The notes under the pieces are model-generated. The model was given only the letters and a program-made list of their open reading frames with translations. It was not told the DNA's origin and searched no databases. DNA of 64,000 bases from the human T2T-CHM13v2.0 reference genome, Homo sapiens, in NCBI RefSeq assembly GCF_009914755.1, contig NC_060947.1, one strand, 5' to 3'. Of this stretch, positions 55,701 through 64,000 are shown piece after piece (position 1 is the stretch's first letter; each line of letters begins with the position of its first letter). The position numbers and the translations under genes were made by a program.

Positions 55701-56380
55701 TTTTTTTTTTTTTTTTTTAAATTTATTTTTTTATTGATAATTCTTGGGTGTTTCTCACAGAGGGGGATTTGGCAGGGTCATGGGACAATAGTGGAGGGAA
55801 GGTCAGCAGATAAACAAGTGAACAAAGGTCTCTGGTTTTCCTAGGCAGAGGACCCTGCGGCCTTCCGCAGTGTCTGTGTCCCTGATTACTTGAGATTAGG
55901 GAGTGGTGATGACTCTTAAGGAGCATGCTGCCTTCAAGCATCTGTTTAACAAAGCACATCTTGCACCGCCCTTAATCCATTTAACCCTGAGTGGACACAG
56001 CACATGTTTCAGAGAGCACAGGGTTGGGGGTAAGGTCACAGATCAACAGGATCCCAAGGCAGAAGAGTTTTTCTTAGTGCAGAACAAAATGAAAAGTCTC
56101 CCATGTCTACTTCTCTCCACACAGACACGGCAACCATCCGATTTCTCAATCTTTTCCCCACCTTTCCCGCCTTTCTATTCCACAAAACCGCCATTGCCAT
56201 CCTGGCCCGTTCTCAATGAGCTGTTGGGCACACCTCCCAGACGGGGTGGCGGCCGGGCAGAGGGGCTCCTCACTTCCCAGTAGGGGCGGCCGGGCAGAGG
56301 CGCCCCTCACCTCCCGGACGGGGCGGCTGGCCGGGCGGGGGGGCTGACCCCCCCCCACCTCCCTCCCGGATGGGGCGGCT
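55701..56380 (-). mobile_element. 5'-truncated SVA retrotransposon (SVA_F-like), antisense in DKC1 intron 11
   Basis: poly-T tail, SINE-R, part of the GC-rich VNTR; 16-bp TSD CCTGCCAGGTTCTTTT at 55685-55700 and 56381-56396; 3' end AAGAATTATCAATAAAAAAATAAATTT resembles SVA_F. Confidence 0.93.
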
Positions 56381-56977
56381 CCTGCCAGGTTCTTTTGTTT
56401 GGCATTGTTGAATACTTGGGCAGCTCTTGGTGTGTTTCACCACCACAGCCTTGTATTGTGCTGGGCTCTGGGTTGTCGATGAGTGGAAACAGGCCCTGTC
56501 TTGGGCCTTAGAGATTTCAGTCTAATGAGGGGAAACAGTTGGGCATTACTCACGTAATCACACAGTGGAATGGCGAATTTCATGCACGTTAGTGGCTACC
56601 AAGGAGTGCAGAGAGGTGTCTGTCACCTGGAGTGTCCACAGTGGTCAAGGAGTCTGGTCAAGGGATTGTCTGTTAAGCCACACCGGTGTGAAGAGTGGGT
56701 TAGGTGTTGGTGAAGTGAAGAGGGGAGGGGAGAGTTCAGGGCATTGGGAGCAAGCAGCATGTGCAAAGGCAAAAAAGTAGAGTGGCTGCGGTGGGGACGT
56801 TATGTCTGCAGAGGCTCTCACTAATAAGCTTTGTGATCTTCAACAAGTCCTGTGTGTGTTGGAGTTAGTGGGCAAATTCTGAATGCTCTGGAGAGGAGTT
56901 TGAGGCCCTGCTGAGAATACACCAGGGAGGAACCTTGTTCTATTCTTTGTAGTCACCATGCCCGCTTCCAGCATTGA

Positions 56978-57273
<296 letters not shown>

Positions 57274-57410
57274 ATGGAGGTTGTAGAGCCCAGGGGAGGG
57301 GGAGTCACTTGGTTTGGGGCAAACTTGCTAAATGCAGGACCACAGGAACCAGCTCTTCAGCTCCCGTGAGATTTTGGCTGCCCAGGCCAGTTAGGGGTGT
57401 GGGCCTGCAC

Positions 57411-57541
57411 GGCAGACAGTTATCCCTTTCTAGTCTGGCTCGTGGGACTCTAGAGGGAGTCAGTCTGCAACAGTAAGTGGTGAGTTCTTCTGTCCAGCGT
57501 CAGTATTTTGATGGTGGCTTTAGACTTGCCAGATAACACTA
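57411..57541 (+). ncRNA. SNORA56: H/ACA box snoRNA SNORA56 (ACA56) in DKC1 intron 12
   Basis: Hairpin GCAGAC..GTCTGC, H box ACAGTA 57470-57475, hairpin TGGTGAGT..ACTTGCCA, ACA 57536-57538; ends uncertain by a few nt. Confidence 0.9.
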
Positions 57542-57606
57542 CATAACATCAGTACTGCCCTGGAAAGCCATTCAGTGAATTTGACCTATTGCTACCTCTT
57601 TTTCAG

Positions 57607-57685
57607 TGAGTCTGCCAAAAAAGAGGTGGTTGCTGAAGTGGTAAAAGCCCCGCAGGTAGTTGCCGAAGCAGCAAAAACTGCGAAG
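57607..57685 (+). CDS. DKC1: Dyskerin exon 13 (SESAKKEVVAEVVKAPQVVAEAAKTAK)
   Basis: CAG| ... |GTGAGT. Confidence 0.96.
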
Positions 57686-58598
57686 GTGAGTGGCATGCTG
57701 TCCTCAGTTTGGAATGTGCTTAGGGAGATAATCCTAAGAGGCACTGGCATTCGTCTTACTTTGTGACTGTCCGCAGTCCAGCCATATACGCTAGCATCAG
57801 AGGTGCAGCGCATACACAGGTAATGCTGCCTCATACCCTGGGGTGCTTGTTTGGGCTCTGCAGGCTCCTCTGATTTGTATTCTCTGTCCTATCTGCTGGG
57901 AGGAGGAATGTGGGCTCAGGAATCAGATGGGCCTCGACTCCTACCTCAGCTATGGCAGCAACACAGTGATGGAATGGGTGGTGGTGTGTGTGTCAATTCT
58001 GGCCCCCGCCCTGGGTCAAATGGTAGGACAGATGTGTTGAAATCAGAGGCCATGGCTGTTGGACATTCGAGGCCATACAAAATTCAGCAGAGAGCAGAAT
58101 TGCATCTTAACCTGGCACCACCCAGTGTTGAAAGAGTCAGTCAAGCATGGGTTGGCAACTCCACCCCATGGAGCTGCTGGCATTAGAGCACAGAATGACA
58201 GGTCTGCACTCAGAAACCGGGGGCGGTACTGAGTATCCTGCACAGGCTGTGTGGGAGGAGCTTCTGACTTGTCAGATGTGAATTCCTGCTTTGCCTGCTT
58301 TCTGTGAGAGGTCCTTGCAGTCATGAGAGAAACAGCTCCTCCGGGCCTTTCCACCCCAAGCCCCGTGCTGCTGCTGTGCTCCTTCTCTTGTGCCTGCCTC
58401 AAGGCTTCTTGGATTTGGGGGATGAGACTGTCTTCAAATCCTCAGTAAACTAAGGCCCTGTCCGGGTTTGTAGTCAGAAAACGTCCTGTTAGATTCAGTT
58501 GGGATCTTTCTTGGTGCCTTGCTACCTTTTGACTCACTGAACCTTTCTTGTCCATTATTGCCCAAGATCTAACACTTAACCAATTGCTTTCATCTCAG

Positions 58599-58736
58599 CG
58601 GAAGCGAGAGAGTGAGAGTGAAAGTGACGAGACTCCTCCAGCAGCTCCTCAGTTGATCAAGAAGGAAAAGAAGAAGAGTAAGAAGGACAAGAAGGCCAAA
58701 GCTGGTCTGGAGAGCGGGGCCGAGCCTGGAGATGGG
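58599..58736 (+). CDS. DKC1: Dyskerin exon 14 (RKRESESESDETPP...EPGDG; lysine-rich NoLS)
   Basis: CAG| ... |GTGTGT (weak donor). Confidence 0.95.
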
Positions 58737-59210
58737 GTGTGTGGAAACACGTTCAGGTTCCTTGGGCTGGCTTAGTCCCTGCGTGGGGAAAGAATTACCC
58801 AGGTGGTACCAGCTTTGTTACTCTTCTTGGAGGAGCTGTGGCCTGGGGGTGGGATGCCACCGAGTGCCTTTAGTGCTTCCCCATGTTCCTGGAGTGCTTT
58901 TGCCCTCCCTGTGGAATGGACAGATAGAGGCACCCGACCTCTACCACTTATACTTAGAGCTCTATTGATGGTGGGTGGAGAGGATGTGTAGGATGGTGAT
59001 CTGAATGTTTCCACTTCCAAAAGTAGACCACTAGGGTGTCACTGAAAGGTTTACAGAACTTTGTGTCACATGCAGCATTTAACCCAAAATATCCTTACAG
59101 GTCCTGAAAAAGGCTTGCTTGACTGTGGACCTTTACCAGATTTCCTTCTGGGAGAGTCATAGCTTTGTTAGTGGATGGTATCTGTGAGCTTTCATTCTCT
59201 TTCTTTCTAG

Positions 59211-59279
59211 GACAGTGATACCACCAAGAAGAAGAAGAAGAAGAAGAAAGCAAAAGAGGTAGAATTGGTTTCTGAGTAG
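59211..59279 (+). CDS. DKC1: Dyskerin exon 15 CDS ([22 protein letters not shown])
   Basis: TAG| acceptor; TAG stop followed directly by TGA; total CDS 1545 nt = 514 aa. Confidence 0.97.
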   Translation, partial: DSDTTKKKKKKKKAKEVELVSE

Positions 59280-59969
59280 TGAAGGCCACTTGAAGCTGGA
59301 GGAGAAACTAAAGCCTTATTGAGAAAACATGTTATAGATCCTTTTGTTGCTGAGAGAGTGGAACATAGGTCCTAGACAGGGTGAAGAGTTCTGGCACATT
59401 TTAGCTGCTACTTTGAGACCTCGGTGATGTTACCTGGTGTGGTCATCCCATCTTGTCCTGTTTTAAGGATATGGGTGGTGAAAGATGAAAGAGGCAGAGT
59501 TTATCCCAATGACTTCTCTGTTTGAGTTGGGAAGCCTCACCTTCAGACCCAGTAACTGTCCGCAGCTGTCTGCTAGTGGTTGTCTTAACATCGTAGTCCT
59601 AGTTTGCATTTTTTAAATCCCCTCTGTTTAAAAGGTTTGTAAAACAAAAACAAAAAACTAAGTCTGCTCAGTGAAATGCTGTAGAACCCTAAATAAGTGG
59701 TAGAAGAGTGTCACTGAATTTTGTCTCTGAATTCAGTATAACTGAGTTTTGTCCATGCTGGTGTCTGGGTTATAGGCCTGATGGGCCTGGTAGTTTTCCA
59801 TCTTGTTCTGGCCTAGAGGTCAGTCCTTTGCACTTCCTCAAAGCTTGTGTACAGTGCTCACCTAAATCCATCTGACTACTTGTTCCTGTGCCCTCTTGTT
59901 TTAGGCCTCGTTTACTTTTAAAAAATGAAATTGTTCATTGCTGGGAGAAGAATGTTGTAATTTTTACTT

Positions 59970-60135
59970 ATTAAAGTCAACTTGTTAAGTTTTTTATGTA
60001 TTCCTGTTGGGTTTTCTTGTTGATCTCATGCTAGCAGAGCAAAAATTGTAAAATATTTTGATTAAAAATCTAGGGACCTTTATGTCCTATTTGAAATGTG
60101 ATGCTTTTATGTTTGTTTTCTGGTTTTTACATTTT
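59970..60135 (+). terminator. DKC1 polyadenylation region (ATTAAA at 59970 and 60061, GU/U-rich downstream element)
   Basis: Two ATTAAA hexamers; TGTTTGTTTTCTGGTTTTT about 45-65 nt after the second. Confidence 0.75.
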
Positions 60136-60415
60136 TGTTCTGTATCTTACACAATCCACCTTGGGCCCTGTCATCTGATGTGAGATCAAGTACTCAGAGG
60201 CAGTGATTACCACAAAACCACTGATCTCTAGAAGAACAGAGAAGGAGAGGGTTAATGTATTTATACATAGTGGGCCTGGCAGGAGCGGGGGGCAGGGTGA
60301 GTCGGGAGAACGAAGCTGAGGGTGGGGACATGCAGGAATCTGAAGGCCTTGGTGACAGATTAGTGGAAGAAAGGTCTAGGGTTGCTTCCGATTTGGTATT
60401 AAGAACCAAGAAAGA

Positions 60416-60690
60416 GGCCGGGTGCAATGGCTCACACCTATAATCCCAGTGCTTTGGGAGGCTGAGGCGGGCAGATCACCCGAGGTCAGGAGTCTGAGAC
60501 CAGCCTGGGCCAACATGGCAAAACCCATCTCTACTACAAATACAAAAATTAGCCAGGTGTGGTGGCGTGTGCCTGTAATCCCAGCTACTCGGGAGGCTGA
60601 GGCAGGAGAATCCCCTGGAACCTGGGAGGTGGAGGTTGCAGTGAGCCGAGATCCTGCCACTGCACTCCAGCCTGGCAAAACAGACTGTCT

Positions 60691-60721
<31 letters not shown>
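60416..60721 (+). mobile_element. AluS between the DKC1 and MPP1 3' ends
   Basis: Alu consensus, about 30-nt A tail. Confidence 0.9.
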
Positions 60722-60722
<1 letters not shown>

Positions 60723-61116
60723 CGCTCTTGGATGCAGCGAGGCGAGGCCCTGAGCTGTAGCCATATCATGAGCCAGGCATGCAGGGTGGGCCCCAGCCCT
60801 GGCTCAGCGACCGGCCTCCACTGTACCACGGGACCCCAGGCTTGGATTTTCTCTCGTTCTAAATATGTGCCCACAATGAGCGCTCCACTAGCTACAACAA
60901 CCTTAAGGGTGTTTTTCTACATGGGCACTAGCCAGTAGAGCCCTGCAGTGGGGGCAGAGAATGGGGACTCTTCCAGGGCACCAGTGTTTATCATCTGAAC
61001 ACAAGAGAGGCATCTTGTGTTAATGCTGTTGTCCAGGAGCTTAAGTGAAATGGGCCACATTTCTTTTTGTGTGGAAACCCAGAGTTACAAGGTCATTGGC
61101 ATTTCAACACAGCATT

Positions 61117-61122
61117 TTTATT
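61117..61122 (-). terminator. MPP1 poly(A) signal AATAAA
   Basis: TTTATT on plus strand about 470 nt past the MPP1 stop. Confidence 0.8.
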
Positions 61123-61588
61123 GCTTTTGAAGGTTTCCCTAGAGCAGACATCATTCTATTGCACAGATGTGTCATTTTGGCATTATAGAAAGTTGCAGTT
61201 AAAAACGCTTTCTCCAAAATAAAAAGACAAATGAAATACCCAGCATATACAGTTGAAGGCAAAGGAGGGCAGGCTTTAGAGGGATGGGGTCCATTGCTTT
61301 TGCTGTGCATCACCCTTGATTAGCAGTTACATTTTGGTAGTACTTCTTACCCCCAATTTCTAGAAATCCTTTTCAAATCCAGATCAGTGGGGCCCCATCT
61401 ATCAGGAGAATCAACCCTTCAGGAGCCTGAGCAAGAAGACTGAACCTTACTGGCTGAATTAGGATAGCTGCAGAGAGCTGGAAGCTGACACAAAACTAGT
61501 TGGAGCAGCCCTGTTTGTCTTAAAGCAAGGCGGGTGGAATTCCAAATGCTGGAGAGGGGCATACAGTGGGTTCCCCCATTCTACAAGC

Positions 61589-61765
61589 TTAGTAAACCCA
61601 GGAGACAGGCACCCACTGTGGAGAACTGCACGCTTGGTCGAAGGCTTCTTGTAATTTCTTAAGGGTTTCATCAACACCATTATTGACCAGTGAGAGGTCA
61701 AAGTAGTGAGCGTACTGGCTGCGGATGGCCTCAGAGTCCTTCTGCAGCTGCTGCAGGGCTTCTGT
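61589..61765 (-). CDS. MPP1: MAGUK p55 scaffold protein 1, last coding exon ([23 protein letters not shown]...[10 protein letters not shown]; end of GUK domain)
   Basis: CTTTCTTCTTTGCAG| acceptor; MAGUK C-terminal [10 protein letters not shown] motif; TAA. Confidence 0.96.
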   Translation of the reverse strand, partial: TEALQQLQKDSEAIRSQYAHYFDLSLVNNGVDETLKKLQEAFDQACSSPQWVPVSWVY

Positions 61766-62065
61766 CTGCAAAGAAGAAAGCCACAGATGAAGCAAGCTGC
61801 ACCACCCCCAGCCCAGAGAGGCCAGTGACAGATTTTAAACAGCAATTGTTAGCGTTGCTCAGCTGTGCATCATACTTGACGAGTCAAATTCAGAAGACAT
61901 TGTGAAAGAATGTTAATGTAGGGCATGAAGAGGCAATCTCAAAAGACCATGGCAATTCTCAGAGGATCTCAAGCTAACCCTGACTAATCAGAGTCCTCTG
62001 GAGGACCAATAGCTATGCAGAGACAGCATGGACTTCACCAGCATCTCCCACTTAATGCCCTTTGA

Positions 62066-62429
<364 letters not shown>

Positions 62430-63650
62430 CAGATAAAGGTGACTTCTAATCCCAGATCACACCTGTAATCCCAGCACTTTGGAAGGCCAAGGCAGGATGA
62501 TTGCTTGAGCACAGGAGTTCAAGACCAGCCTGGCAACACAGTGAGACCCCATTTCTACAAAAAACAAAATTTAAAAATGTGTGTGTATATATATCTCAGG
62601 ACTCTGTCTTTGACCTAAAACCAAGCAGCCATGAAAGACAAATCATGTAACTACATAAAAGTAAAAATGTCTGCATAGCAAAAAGACATGCCAAATTGGA
62701 AAAAAATTGCAGCTGATATTACAAAGGGCTAATTACCCTAATATAGACTTCCTATAAATCAAAGGTCAATAACTCAGCAGAAAAATGAGCTAAGGGTATG
62801 ACCAGATAATTCTCAGAAAAGGCAATACAAATTGCTCTTCATATGAAAAAGTACCTGATCATCTCTTTTAGTAAAAAAGAAATATGAGATACTATTTTTC
62901 CCTCCAGTAGACTGGCAAAAAAAGAAAATTTTGACAACATGCTGCAGGCAAAGAGAAACAAGCAGTCTCACAGGTGGTTGGTGGTCCCTGTCCAAATTCT
63001 AAGTGTGTGTGCTCTTGGACCCAGTGATCCTACTTGGAGTTTTTCCTACAGATATATTTGCACACATGTGCTATATGCACAGGGCTATTGACTGCAGTAT
63101 TACACATGCATGCAGCAGAAGACCAAGCAGCTATAGAGAAAAAGAGTTCCTCACACCCTGATAGGGAAAGGTGTCCATTGTTCAATGCAAAAGCACAGTG
63201 CAGCAAAGTGCATGGGTAGGGCTGGGCAGAGGAGCAGGGTAGGCTTTTTGATATATTCCTGGCCTCTCTGTCTTTCCCCACAGCCATACTGCACCCCAGG
63301 GCGGGTTCAGTGCCACCTCTGTCCATCACAGCTTCCCCTGCCAGAGCCTGCATCCCACCAGTATCAGGATCTGCTCAACTGTCCATCTCTGCCCCTGGAA
63401 CTGTGTGCCTCCAGGACGATGACTGGGTCTGGTTTGTTTTGTCCCTGTTAGCTAGCATGGGCACTGGCCTAGCTAGTGGCTTAGGAGCTGGAACGAATGT
63501 GCATACCCTTTGGCTTCTTGGCCCTGGAGGAAGAAGCCCAGCTGGAGCTGTGACCTCCAGCCAGCACTCTGGCCAATGACCTGGACTGAGGTCCCAGTAT
63601 GGGCAGGCCCGGAGAAAGTGAACTACCCATCGCGCACAACCTCTCCTCAC

Positions 63651-63725
63651 CTGAGTGCCCTGGTCAGTAGGTGCAATGAACACAATGAAAGGCGAAAGTT
63701 CTGCTGTCCGAACAATTTTCAGGGT
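63651..63725 (-). CDS. MPP1: MPP1 penultimate exon ([25 protein letters not shown])
   Basis: poly-T CTAG| acceptor, |GTGAGG donor, 75 nt phase 0/0, GUK motif PFIVFIAP. Confidence 0.95.
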
Positions 63726-64000
63726 CTAGAAAAAAAAAAGAAGGGCGGCGGGGAGGGGGGGAAGGAAGAAAAGGAAAGTGAAAAAAAAAAACCTACATAG
63801 CTGTCATAATGGATTCCTTCTAATAAGCAGCTTTGAGCTTTACCCCAATACAACTTTCCATCATTCCCAGTACTACTGTTCTTGTTCCAGGCTGACCCCA
63901 TTAAAAGGCTGAAGCAATCCTGAGCCCCCAGAAGATTCCCAAGGAGCACTGTCTTCGCCATCCCTTGTGTGGCTGAGCCCATCTGTCCCTGCCCTTCCAT

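Noticed and set aside
55723-56358. ORFs of 70-126 aa in intron 11
   Set aside because: They lie within the SVA SINE-R/VNTR.

Overview
Human genomic DNA, recognised from the encoded proteins as the Xq28 GAB3-DKC1-MPP1 locus. Bases 1-33.4 kb are the repeat-rich first intron of GAB3 (minus strand; coding exon 1 at 33367-33438 in a CpG island). About 12 kb of ERV/L1/Alu debris separates it from the divergent DKC1 promoter. The complete 15-exon DKC1 gene (dyskerin, 514 aa, plus strand, ATG 45376, stop 59279) follows; the exon lengths sum to 1545 nt with GT-AG junctions. DKC1 hosts the H/ACA snoRNAs SNORA36A (with MIR664B) in intron 8 and SNORA56 in intron 12. The last two exons of MPP1 (minus strand) converge tail-to-tail with DKC1. 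The most striking unexplained structure is DKC1 intron 12: the 3' end of exon 12 plus its donor is triplicated, and two perfect donor hexamers sit on or next to the H box of SNORA56. All of these lie downstream of an immediate in-frame stop, which suggests a dyskerin-sensitive splicing/NMD feedback switch (hypothesis only). DKC1 also carries a young SVA about 24 nt after the exon 11 donor and an AluYb8 just after SNORA36A. Most ORFs in the supplied track are repeat-derived or spurious. Repeat subfamily calls and boundaries are by eye and approximate.
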